Positions 28,572-37,468 of a DNA stretch of 64,000 nucleotides are shown in pieces. A program made the position numbers and the translations under genes. Numbering within the stretch: position 1 is the first letter of the stretch; every line of letters begins with the position of its first letter. The notes beneath the pieces were generated by a model. The model was not told the DNA's origin. It made no database searches and was given only the letters and a program-made list of their open reading frames with translations. This stretch comes from Nitrospirota bacterium (GTDB taxonomy: Bacteria > Nitrospirota > Thermodesulfovibrionia > UBA6902): NCBI GenBank assembly GCA_016208905.1, contig JACQXG010000039.1:3439-67438 (forward strand), written 5' to 3'.

Positions 28572-29459
28572 GTGATAACCTTAAGAAAATTGATATTTCT
28601 TGCTCTGATCTGTCCGGTTATTAGTCTTCATGCATGCCGGCAGCCTGTCACTCAAACCGGTGGAAAACTCAGAATCCTTACGACCATTGCGCCGCTATAC
28701 AGCTTTGCAAAAAATGTCGCCGGTGACGAAGCAATCGTTGATAATCTTATCCCTTCAGGCGTTGGTCCGCATGAGTACTCTTTGAGCCCCGGAGATGCCA
28801 GGAAAGTTTCAGAGACGCGGATTCTTATAATAAACGGCGTTAAACTGGAGGCATGGTTAAATAAACTGCAAGGCCCTGCGTCAGAGTCTCCGACAAATGA
28901 CAATAAAAAATTAATTATTGTTGACACGAGCGCCGGAGTTGAGCTTATCGGCAATGATCCCCATATATGGCTTTCTCCCAGGAATGCCATTATGCAGGTA
29001 AAAAACATAAGGGACGCCCTTGTAAAAGTTGATCCTGACAATAGCGAAACATATACGAAGAATTCCTCTGAATATATTCAACGCCTGGGGAATCTGGACA
29101 AAGAGATCAGAAACGAAATCAGGACGTGGAAGCAAAACCGGATTGTTACTTATCATCCCGCGTTTAAATATTTTGCCGGAGAATACGGATTGGAGCTGGC
29201 TGTTGTAATTCAGGAGACTCCGGAAATAGAGCCCTCTCCCAAACATATAGCTCATGTTATTGAAACAATTAAGTCAAAGGGTATCAGGGCCATTTTTACC
29301 GAGCCCCAATTTTCTCACAAGATAGTAACGTCACTTGCCGGTGATTTAAACTTGCAGGTTTACAGCCTTGATACACTGGAGACCGGACTGTTTTCCAAAG
29401 AGTGGTATGAAGACAGTATTAGGTCAAATTTACAAGTCTTGAAAAAAGCATTAAACTGA
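28572..29459 (+). CDS. znuA: metal (Zn/Mn) ABC transporter substrate-binding protein
   Basis: ZnuA/TroA-like, with DPHIWLSP and a signal peptide. Confidence 0.8.
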   Translation: MITLRKLIFLALICPVISLHACRQPVTQTGGKLRILTTIAPLYSFAKNVAGDEAIVDNLIPSGVGPHEYSLSPGDARKVSETRILIINGVKLEAWLNKLQGPASESPTNDNKKLIIVDTSAGVELIGNDPHIWLSPRNAIMQVKNIRDALVKVDPDNSETYTKNSSEYIQRLGNLDKEIRNEIRTWKQNRIVTYHPAFKYFAGEYGLELAVVIQETPEIEPSPKHIAHVIETIKSKGIRAIFTEPQFSHKIVTSLAGDLNLQVYSLDTLETGLFSKEWYEDSIRSNLQVLKKALN

Positions 29460-29467
29460 GGAACTCA

Positions 29468-30220
29468 ATGCATGCCATTAGTGTAGAAAATTTATGCGTA
29501 AAGGCCGACAACCGTCACCTTATTGAGAACATAACTTTCTCGATAGAAGAAGGCAGGATAGCGGCGATTATCGGGCCTAACGGCGCCGGCAAGACGACAT
29601 TAATCAAAGCGATACTCGGACTCATCCCATATGAAACCGGTTCCGTAACTCTTTTTGGACACCTTTTTAAACATGGTAATTCTCATAACAAGATCGGTTA
29701 TGTCCCTCAGAGGCTTGAATTTGACAGGACATTTCCGCTTACAGTTTCAGAGCTTTTGCATTTTACTATTCCTCCCCGTTATTCTTTCCCTTTTCACAGG
29801 AAAAAAGGAGAGGAAGCCCATATTGACAGACTGCTGAAAACTGTCGGGGCCCAGGAATTAAAAGAGAGACGGATCGGCAGCCTGTCAGGAGGAGAACTCC
29901 AGAGGGTCATGATTGCCAAGGCGATTGTTAATGGACCCAGGCTTCTCATACTTGACGAGCCGGCATCAGGTGTGGATATCGAGGGGCAGGAAAGGTTTCA
30001 TGATCTGGTCAGGCGCCTTAATAAAGACAAGGGGTTGACGGTGATATTGATCTCTCATGATTTGAATGTTGTCTACCGTTTCGCAGATGACGTCCTTTGC
30101 ATAAACCGGAGGCTTGTATGCACCGGAAGGCCTGAGGAGACGCTGACTGATGATGTCATAAAGAGTGTATACGGAGAGATGATGGGGGCGTATATCCATA
30201 GTTGTCATGAACATGATTAG
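29468..30220 (+). CDS. znuC: metal ABC transporter ATP-binding protein
   Basis: Has GPNGAGKTT and LSGGELQRV. Confidence 0.85.
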   Translation: MHAISVENLCVKADNRHLIENITFSIEEGRIAAIIGPNGAGKTTLIKAILGLIPYETGSVTLFGHLFKHGNSHNKIGYVPQRLEFDRTFPLTVSELLHFTIPPRYSFPFHRKKGEEAHIDRLLKTVGAQELKERRIGSLSGGELQRVMIAKAIVNGPRLLILDEPASGVDIEGQERFHDLVRRLNKDKGLTVILISHDLNVVYRFADDVLCINRRLVCTGRPEETLTDDVIKSVYGEMMGAYIHSCHEHD

Positions 30221-31019
30221 CGAATATTTATCATATCCGTTTATCCAGAGGGCGCTGCTTGCTTCAGTGATGGTGGGCATTCTCTGCCCCTTTGTCGGTA
30301 ACTTTGTAGTGCTGCGCAGGATGTCCTTTTTTTCAGATGCAATATCGCATTCGGCCTTTGCCGGCATTGCAGTCGGCGCGTTGTTTGGAATCGACCTTTC
30401 GCTCTCGTCTGTTATTGTTGCAATACTCATTGCCCTGATCATTGCATTTCTCTCTGAAAGAACGACCTTATCACATGATACGGTCATTGGAATCGCATTT
30501 TCCGGGGCCATTGCATCGGGTATGCTGGTCATTGGAATGCTTAAGGGTTACAGGGCCGATCTGTTTACATTCCTTTTCGGTGATATACTTGCAATAACGA
30601 ACAATGACCTCTTATTGATCCTTATTGTCAGCGTGCTGACTGTTACGGCCCTCCTTGCTTTTTTAAAGCCCTTTTTACAGATAACATTCAACAGGGACCT
30701 CGCAAGGGTGGAAGGCATCAATGTCCGCTTCTTTGAATACATGCTTTTTTTAATCATTGCGATTGTAATAACAATAAGTCTCAAGATCATCGGGATTGTG
30801 CTTGTAACATCGCTTTTGATTGTGCCTGCTGCATCGGCAAAAAATCTTGCGTCAAGCATGAGCCGTTTGTTTATGCTTTCAAGCGTCTTTGGCATTATTT
30901 CAGGAGTTGCCGGCCTTGCAGCTTCTATTTACCTGAACACTTCATCAGGCCCGACGATTGTGCTTGTGAGCATAGGGATATTTTCCCTGACTATGTTTAA
31001 ACGGGGAAACGGTCACTAG
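30207..31019 (+). CDS. znuB: metal ABC transporter permease
   Basis: ABC-3 family permease, overlapping the 3' end of znuC. Confidence 0.85.
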   Translation: MNMISEYLSYPFIQRALLASVMVGILCPFVGNFVVLRRMSFFSDAISHSAFAGIAVGALFGIDLSLSSVIVAILIALIIAFLSERTTLSHDTVIGIAFSGAIASGMLVIGMLKGYRADLFTFLFGDILAITNNDLLLILIVSVLTVTALLAFLKPFLQITFNRDLARVEGINVRFFEYMLFLIIAIVITISLKIIGIVLVTSLLIVPAASAKNLASSMSRLFMLSSVFGIISGVAGLAASIYLNTSSGPTIVLVSIGIFSLTMFKRGNGH

Positions 31020-31108
31020 CCGTTGACCGGCTTGAACGACGTAAAGATTTCCTTTATTTGTTCCGAATAATAAGCAGATTGTTTGAGGGCATAGGTTAAA
31101 GATATTTC

Positions 31109-32011
31109 TTGGTTATGAACGAAAAACTATTAAACCAGGAAGATGATGTCAAAAAGGCTGCGGAACTTGTAAGCAGTATAGGCATCCCTTCCCAACCCGC
31201 GCTTCTGCTTGAAATCAATAAAAAGATAGGCCGGCCCGAGACAAGCATAGGGGACATAGCCGATCTTATTTCAAAGGACGTTGCCATGTCTGCCAAGCTG
31301 TTAAAGATGGCTAATTCGTCATTTTTCGGCCTCAGGGAAAAGGTCGATTCGATCCAGAGGGCGCTCTCCCTTGTAGGACTGAAAAATTTCAACAGGATTA
31401 TCCTGGCAACTTCTTTGCGTGAGTCTGTTGGTGGTCATGGCAGCAGCACGGAGAAATTCTGGAACCACTCAATGACTGTTGCCGGGGCATCGGCGTATAT
31501 AGCGAAAAAAGCAGGCTTCGAATCCGAAGAGCAGGCTTATATCGCAGGACTTTTCCACGACTGCGGCGTGCCCATGCTCATGAAGAAATATCCGGACTAC
31601 AGTCAGATACTTGATTATGCCCTGAGCGTTGTGAACTCTGCGTCATTATCAGGGATTAAGAAATCAATAATTGGAATAGAAGAAGAGCGTTATAACACTC
31701 ACCACTGTGCTGTGGGTTATCTCATAACCAAATCCTGGCATCTTCCCATCACCATATCCAAATCGGTATGGTACCATCACTTTGTTAATATCGATATACA
31801 CAGTGACCCGGTGACCAGACGGCTTTCGGCGATTCTGCTGCTGGCGGATTATATAGGCGGACACATTCTTTATCTCGGAGGAAGCGATTGTCCTGTTGAG
31901 ACCGAGACTGAATGGGCAAAAATGCATAAGAAGGTCGTTACAGAGCTTGCCATGAATGCTGAAAGCGTCAAGGACATGAAAGACGATCTGGTCGAGAAGT
32001 TATACATCTAA
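31109..32011 (+). CDS. HDOD domain protein
   Basis: ...DIADLISKDVAMSAKLLKMANSSFFGL...IQRALSLVGLKN is an HDOD signature. Confidence 0.75.
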   Translation: MVMNEKLLNQEDDVKKAAELVSSIGIPSQPALLLEINKKIGRPETSIGDIADLISKDVAMSAKLLKMANSSFFGLREKVDSIQRALSLVGLKNFNRIILATSLRESVGGHGSSTEKFWNHSMTVAGASAYIAKKAGFESEEQAYIAGLFHDCGVPMLMKKYPDYSQILDYALSVVNSASLSGIKKSIIGIEEERYNTHHCAVGYLITKSWHLPITISKSVWYHHFVNIDIHSDPVTRRLSAILLLADYIGGHILYLGGSDCPVETETEWAKMHKKVVTELAMNAESVKDMKDDLVEKLYI

Positions 32012-32051
32012 TATTCAGCCTCCCCCTGATTTGATATAATTACTAATATAA

Positions 32052-32112
32052 AAGTGAGAAGTGGGAAGTAAGAAGTGAGAAGTAAAGAAAACGCCTTGAA
32101 CTTCCTTCTTAC
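32052..32112. repeat. heptanucleotide tandem array (gaagtga-type) with inverted partner
   Basis: aagtgagaagtgggaagtaagaagtgagaagtaaag ... acttccttcttactt. The same unit occurs in frame inside murD. Confidence 0.75.
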
Positions 32113-32137
32113 TTAATCTATTAAAAGGAGCAATGTC

Positions 32138-33331
32138 ATGAGATATGTAGTCATAGGCAACGGAGTCGCCGGGACAACCGCTGCTGAAAATATCAGAACG
32201 ATGGACCATGACGGAGAAATAATAATTTTGACTGAGGAGACTGTTCCTTTTTACAGCCGTATCAGGCTGATTGAATATCTTGCAAAAGAGGCGGCGGAGA
32301 AGGACATTATAATCCGTAAGAGCGACTGGTATGAAAAAAACATGCTTATGCTCCGGTTGAACGCTCATGTGTCTGAAATAGATAAAGACAATAAAAGAGT
32401 CGTTACAAAAAATGGAGAAAGTCTGCCATACGACAGACTGCTTATTGCAACCGGCGGCATTTCATTCGTCCCTCCTATTCCCGGTTCGGATAAAAAAGGC
32501 GTCTTTACCTTAAGAACAATCAGGGATGCGAATGAAATCCTTGCTTATGCGGAAGGCGTGAAAAAGGTAATTCTTATCGGCGGAGGCGTCCTGGGTCTTG
32601 AAGCAGGCAACAGCCTGAGAAAGACAGGACATGAAGTCACTGTTGTAGAATTCTTCCCCCGCCTGCTGCCGAGACAGATGGACCCGGAAGGCGCGGAGGT
32701 CCTCAAGGCGCAGATGGAAGGCATGGGTTTTAAATTTTATCTCGGGGCAAAATCAAAAGAGATCACCGGAGAAGACAGAGTAAAGGGGCTGCTGCTTGAA
32801 GACGGGACCAGGATCGATAGTGATCTCATTATCATTTCCGCCGGGGTAAGACCGCAAGCGGGCTTGTGCAAGGGTCTCGGCCTTACAATCAGCAAAGGAG
32901 CAGTTATCAATGACAGGATGGAGACAGAGATAAAGGACATTTACGCAGCCGGAGACCTTGTGGAACACAGGGGGATGTTTTATGGTATATGGCCTGCGGC
33001 ACAGAAACAGGGGGAAATAGCAGGAATAAACATGGCGGGAGGAAATGCAGTATATGAAGGGACAACAATGTCTAATATGCTTAAAGTCGTCGGCATTGAC
33101 CTCGCGGCAGCAGGGGACATAGATGCAGACGGTAAATTAGAATCAATTGTTCAAAAGGATAAAGATAAATATATCTACAGAAAGCTTGTGATAAAGGACA
33201 ATGTTATTACAGGCTGTATTTTATATGGCGATATATCCGGCTATCAAAAAATCCTAAGGGCCATAGACGGGAAGAAAAATACAGGAGATATCAGGCGGAA
33301 GATCGAAAAGTGGGATTTGAGCGGGCTGTAA
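32138..33331 (+). CDS. FAD/NAD(P)-dependent pyridine nucleotide-disulfide oxidoreductase (rubredoxin reductase / NirB-N-like)
   Basis: Has two Rossmann GxGxxG motifs, VVIGNGVAGT and LIGGGVLGLEAG. Confidence 0.7.
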   Translation: MRYVVIGNGVAGTTAAENIRTMDHDGEIIILTEETVPFYSRIRLIEYLAKEAAEKDIIIRKSDWYEKNMLMLRLNAHVSEIDKDNKRVVTKNGESLPYDRLLIATGGISFVPPIPGSDKKGVFTLRTIRDANEILAYAEGVKKVILIGGGVLGLEAGNSLRKTGHEVTVVEFFPRLLPRQMDPEGAEVLKAQMEGMGFKFYLGAKSKEITGEDRVKGLLLEDGTRIDSDLIIISAGVRPQAGLCKGLGLTISKGAVINDRMETEIKDIYAAGDLVEHRGMFYGIWPAAQKQGEIAGINMAGGNAVYEGTTMSNMLKVVGIDLAAAGDIDADGKLESIVQKDKDKYIYRKLVIKDNVITGCILYGDISGYQKILRAIDGKKNTGDIRRKIEKWDLSGL

Positions 33332-33333
33332 TT

Positions 33334-33885
33334 TTATTTTATCCTCTTTGATATCGCCTTGAATTCCGGGGTGCCCGCCTTTTCAAGGAGTTGAAATAAT
33401 ACGGTCTCCGTGCAGGTTATCACGGCCCCGGCATTACGCATTATTTCCCTGCCGGTCTTATAATCGTCTTTCTTCCGCGAGCAGACAGCATCGCTGACCA
33501 GGTGGACAAAATATCCTTTTCCCAGCAGTCCCAGGCAGGTCTGCAATACGCAAACGTGAGTTTCCATCCCGGCAAGTATGATCTGCGTTTTTCTCAATGA
33601 GGCAATTTTCTGCAAAAACCCGTCTCCCCTGCAGCAGTCGAATGTAACTTTCTCAAGAGGCGCATACTCAGACAACGCTTCTTTTATCTCACTGATTGTC
33701 TGCCCCAGACCTTTAGGGTACTGTTCTGTAACTAGTACGGGAATGCTGAGCAGTTTGGCTGCCTCAATGACATGCAGACAGTTGGTTGTGACCTTTTCCT
33801 TCTGACTCATTACTACGGCAAGCTTGTCCTGAATATCTACGATTAAGAGAACGCAATTATCTTTGTTAAGAGTGAATTTGTCCAC
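33334..33885 (-). CDS. isochorismatase-family cysteine hydrolase
   Basis: Has LLIVDIQ and a catalytic Cys in VCVLQT. Confidence 0.75.
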   Translation of the reverse strand: MDKFTLNKDNCVLLIVDIQDKLAVVMSQKEKVTTNCLHVIEAAKLLSIPVLVTEQYPKGLGQTISEIKEALSEYAPLEKVTFDCCRGDGFLQKIASLRKTQIILAGMETHVCVLQTCLGLLGKGYFVHLVSDAVCSRKKDDYKTGREIMRNAGAVITCTETVLFQLLEKAGTPEFKAISKRIK

Positions 33886-33938
33886 GCTTCTTTCTTCCCT
33901 TTCTCCGGATTCAGGCTTACCAATATAGCATAAATATT

Positions 33939-34418
33939 CTAGTGAAAAGTTAAGGAGGAGTTGTCCGCATTCATGTCCAGGTCCATAATAATGGCATCTT
34001 CTATTGGTTTTTTATAGTAGCCTTTTCTTCTGCCGATTTCTTTAAATCCGGCTTTTTCGTATAACTTTATAGCTGCAATATTGGATTCTCTGACCTCAAG
34101 GGTCACAAGATTTAAGTCCTGTTTTATTCTGCGCAATTCCTGCAATGCTGCTCTTAACAGCAGACTGCCAATTCCGGTTTGTCTTAATTTGGGCTTTACG
34201 GCAATCTCCATCAAATGCGTAACATCGACAATAGTTCTAAGACACACATAGCCTACTATTTCTTTACCCAGGGATGCGACATTCAGAATTGAATCTTTAT
34301 TTCCGAGCTCATATTCAAAGGAGTTTAATTGCCAGGGCATAGTAAAACTTTCTTTTGCTATGGCATGCACCTCCAAGATATCGGCATACAGCATTTTCCT
34401 GATTTTTATCCCTGCCAA
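33939..34418 (-). CDS. rimI: ribosomal-protein-alanine N-acetyltransferase (GNAT)
   Basis: Has a GNAT fold motif RQTGIGSLLL and sits downstream of tsaB with overlap. Confidence 0.75.
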   Translation of the reverse strand: MAGIKIRKMLYADILEVHAIAKESFTMPWQLNSFEYELGNKDSILNVASLGKEIVGYVCLRTIVDVTHLMEIAVKPKLRQTGIGSLLLRAALQELRRIKQDLNLVTLEVRESNIAAIKLYEKAGFKEIGRRKGYYKKPIEDAIIMDLDMNADNSSLTFH

Positions 34419-35092
34419 TGAATCTCCGCTTCGGATTTTCTTATGTATAATGGGACAAGGCCCACCGGATCTGTGATTATACCCTGTTTTACTTTTTCTA
34501 TTGCTATTTCAGCTACAGTTGACGCTGATGGAGACATTTTTGACAGCGGCGCAAACACAGCTTTTGTTTCCAATAATTCAGAGATCAGGTTTTTATAGAT
34601 TTTTGATCCCTCCCCCGTAAAGACAACCGGCTCTGAAATATTTTTTAACAGATCTCCAGGGCTGATCACGATTTCGGGCATTATCTTTGTGCAACCGTCA
34701 TTGTCCCATCTGTAAAGCGCCGCATATACTTCGTTTTTTCTTGCATCAAGCATGGGGCAGATAAGGTGTCTGCAAAAAGGTATGTTACGCGCAAAGGCAT
34801 CAAGGGTCGGCACAGGTATAATTGGCTTATCAGTTGCGAAGGCAAGGCCTTTTACCGTACTGAGACCTATCCTGAGCCCGGTAAATGAACCTGGTCCGAT
34901 AGAAACAGCAAACACATCGATTTCCTTTATTGATATGCCTGAAGAACCCAAAAGCCATACTATGGACGGCATCAGTCTTTCCGCATGCGCAATTTTGACG
35001 TTAATGCCGGCTTCTCCGATCAGTCCTTCAGCATCATCAACAATTGCAATGCTCCCGGCCAGGGTTGCTGTCTCAATGGCAAGAACTTTCAT
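34406..35092 (-). CDS. tsaB: tRNA t6A biosynthesis protein TsaB
   Basis: MKVLAIETATLAGSIAIV at the N-terminus, and the tsaB-rimI synteny. Confidence 0.8.
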   Translation of the reverse strand: MKVLAIETATLAGSIAIVDDAEGLIGEAGINVKIAHAERLMPSIVWLLGSSGISIKEIDVFAVSIGPGSFTGLRIGLSTVKGLAFATDKPIIPVPTLDAFARNIPFCRHLICPMLDARKNEVYAALYRWDNDGCTKIMPEIVISPGDLLKNISEPVVFTGEGSKIYKNLISELLETKAVFAPLSKMSPSASTVAEIAIEKVKQGIITDPVGLVPLYIRKSEAEIHWQG

Positions 35093-35103
35093 AATTAACT
35101 ATC

Positions 35104-35730
35104 CTATTTTTTTAAAATACTTTTCAGAACAATGATTGCATTCTCTCTAAGAAAGTCTGCGTTACCCTGAAACATAGACGGACTTGTTTTAAGGTTGCCG
35201 GCAATAACCAGCGTAGGAGTTTCTTCAATATTGTAAGTCTTGGACATAATTATTGCCTCTCCAACGTTTTTTGCTTTTTCTCCTGTCCTCAATCTGTGGC
35301 TGAAATCAAATCCGAGCCCCACCTTCATACCGATATCTTCCAGCACTTCAATATTTCCTATGTCCCTTTTATTTACAAAAACAGCCTCGAACAGGGCTTT
35401 CTTCATTTCCTCGCCTTTGCCTGCCTCCTCTGCCAGGAAATATGCCTCTCCAGGTTTAGGAGAACCTTCGCCCCAGTATACGGGAATTGTCTTCCACCTG
35501 ATCTTCCCCGGGAAATTCCCCTTGATAACAGGGATCGATTTTTCAAAGTGATAACAATGACTGCAATAAAAGCTGAGAAATTCCATGACCTCCACCTGCT
35601 TGCCGTCAAAAGAAAATTTATGCTCGGTCAGTTTTTCATATACCCCTTCAATACCGGCGCTCTGATCTGCGTATGCTGGAATCGAAAGCAAAAATAAGGA
35701 CAACACTACAAATAATTTTCTGAAACTCAT
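35104..35730 (-). CDS. DsbA-like thiol:disulfide oxidoreductase (secreted)
   Basis: Has a signal peptide and a CSHC active site. Confidence 0.7.
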   Translation of the reverse strand: MSFRKLFVVLSLFLLSIPAYADQSAGIEGVYEKLTEHKFSFDGKQVEVMEFLSFYCSHCYHFEKSIPVIKGNFPGKIRWKTIPVYWGEGSPKPGEAYFLAEEAGKGEEMKKALFEAVFVNKRDIGNIEVLEDIGMKVGLGFDFSHRLRTGEKAKNVGEAIIMSKTYNIEETPTLVIAGNLKTSPSMFQGNADFLRENAIIVLKSILKK

Positions 35731-35750
35731 TAAAGCCTCCTTTTTATAGT

Positions 35751-36932
35751 TTAATGAATAATTTTTTCCAGATATACCGGATAATCAAAGTCCGGACTGT
35801 TGTCCCTTGTATGACATTTCAGGCATGCGGCCTCTGTCACACGTTTCATGGGCTTAGAGAAGTCCTCAACATGGTCCCTGTCCAGTCCATGGCATGCTTC
35901 ACACTGAACATTTGCCAATTCGGGAGTTGTCTCTATACTATAAAATCCACCCTTTTCTCCAAACCCTACGGTATGGCATATTATACATTCAGGATCATTG
36001 GATTTCCCTGCCTGTTGAAGACTTTTAAAAGCTCCGGCATGACGCGTCTTTTTCCAGCTCTCCTCAAAAAGCTGATGACACTCCGCGCACCTGGTCACGC
36101 CAAGGTAAGTATCTCCATCCGGTGGTCTTTTTGACTCCTTTAACAGATTAGCAACCTTTAAATCATAATCATTCAGAATAGCGCGGACCCCGGGATCTTC
36201 CTTAACGTCGCTGCCGAGAGAAAGCCATTTATGCCTGAAATTCCTTACCCCTCCCTCACTACCTGCCGTGAGGGTGAGCACGCCGGTCTTCTTGCCTCTT
36301 GGATAGCCTGCAAGAATTACCGCGTTATTTACTGTGACAGGTTCATTGAGCGTCTCTCCGGAAGATGTAATAATAACATCCCAGCCTTTCATCAGCCCGG
36401 CCTTTGAAACGGGCAGGTCCGTAAGAAGGACATTAAGACTTTTGTCACGGAGGGCCCCCGGATCAATGCTTATACTTACATCAAGACCGTTACGGCTTAT
36501 AAAAAGTGATTGACTATTCGGGATCGAATCGGAGACTGCCGGTATTGCATTATCACTCAGGACAGCAGAATAAAAATCATCCGGAAATGCTTTCTCATTA
36601 TTCATAAATGCTACGGCATCATATTTCATGATGTTATAGGATTTTAATATGGCCTCTGCCTTTAGTTTTCCCTGGGGAGTATTCTGGTCAGTAAAGTTTC
36701 CCGCGTCAATCAAGATAAAGGGTGATAATTCATTCCTGTGTTCGGCAAGATAGCCTGACAGCCTCGCCAGTCCCCCGAAATCTGTTTTCAGAGAACAGCC
36801 GCACGGTTCAAGTTCACCGCTTATGCTGCCTGTATAAATAATGCTGAAAGCCTGCTCCTGGGCATACATTGCAAACGGGGCAAGCAAAGCAGAAAATACT
36901 AGCGTCAGAGATAAAATATATTTCGTCATCAT
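35751..36932 (-). CDS. secreted tetraheme c-type cytochrome with N-terminal metallophosphoesterase/5'-nucleotidase-like domain
   Basis: Has four CxxCH motifs (CAECHQ, CIICHT, CEACHG, CLKCHT) in the C-terminal third, plus a signal peptide. Confidence 0.7.
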   Translation of the reverse strand: MMTKYILSLTLVFSALLAPFAMYAQEQAFSIIYTGSISGELEPCGCSLKTDFGGLARLSGYLAEHRNELSPFILIDAGNFTDQNTPQGKLKAEAILKSYNIMKYDAVAFMNNEKAFPDDFYSAVLSDNAIPAVSDSIPNSQSLFISRNGLDVSISIDPGALRDKSLNVLLTDLPVSKAGLMKGWDVIITSSGETLNEPVTVNNAVILAGYPRGKKTGVLTLTAGSEGGVRNFRHKWLSLGSDVKEDPGVRAILNDYDLKVANLLKESKRPPDGDTYLGVTRCAECHQLFEESWKKTRHAGAFKSLQQAGKSNDPECIICHTVGFGEKGGFYSIETTPELANVQCEACHGLDRDHVEDFSKPMKRVTEAACLKCHTRDNSPDFDYPVYLEKIIH

Positions 36933-37029
36933 CCTCGGATGTATTTTAACAATAAATTATCACCATAAAAAAACCCCCTGCCTGTAAAAGTAGAAATTAA
37001 TTGACAACGCCCCTTCTCATCTTTTATAT

Positions 37030-37045
37030 TTGAACATATGTTCAA
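37030..37045. promoter_or_regulatory. perfect 16-bp palindrome TTGAACATATGTTCAA, putative ArsR/SmtB-family operator
   Basis: Lies about 28 nt upstream of the arsR-family gene ATG (37073). Confidence 0.55.
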
Positions 37046-37429
37046 TTGATTAACGGAGGGAGTACCGCACCGATGAATAAACAGCATGATGTTTGTGAGG
37101 TCAGGGCAATAAATAAAAAGAAAGTAAAATCAGTCAAACAATTAATGCTTACCGATAATGAAGCCAATAGCTTATCCGGTACCTTCAGCGTCCTGGCTGA
37201 TCCTACTCGCACAAAGATAATCTATGCCTTATCAAATGACGAGCTCTGTGTTTGTGATATTGCGAGTATATTGGGTATGAGTGTTTCCGCCATTTCTCAT
37301 CAGTTGAGGATATTAAGGAACATGCGTCTCGTGAAGTTCAGAAAGGAGTCAAAGATGGTTTATTACTCCCTGGACGATGAGCATATAACAACACTATTTA
37401 ACGAGGGATTAAACCATATAAGGGAATGA
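37046..37429 (+). CDS. ArsR/SmtB-family metalloregulator (CadC-like)
   Basis: Has an ELCVCDIA metal-binding motif and an HTH. The probable start is ATG 37073. Confidence 0.8.
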   Translation: MINGGSTAPMNKQHDVCEVRAINKKKVKSVKQLMLTDNEANSLSGTFSVLADPTRTKIIYALSNDELCVCDIASILGMSVSAISHQLRILRNMRLVKFRKESKMVYYSLDDEHITTLFNEGLNHIRE

Positions 37430-37468
37430 AGAGAGAGTCAAGAGTTAAGAATCGGAAGGACTGATATT

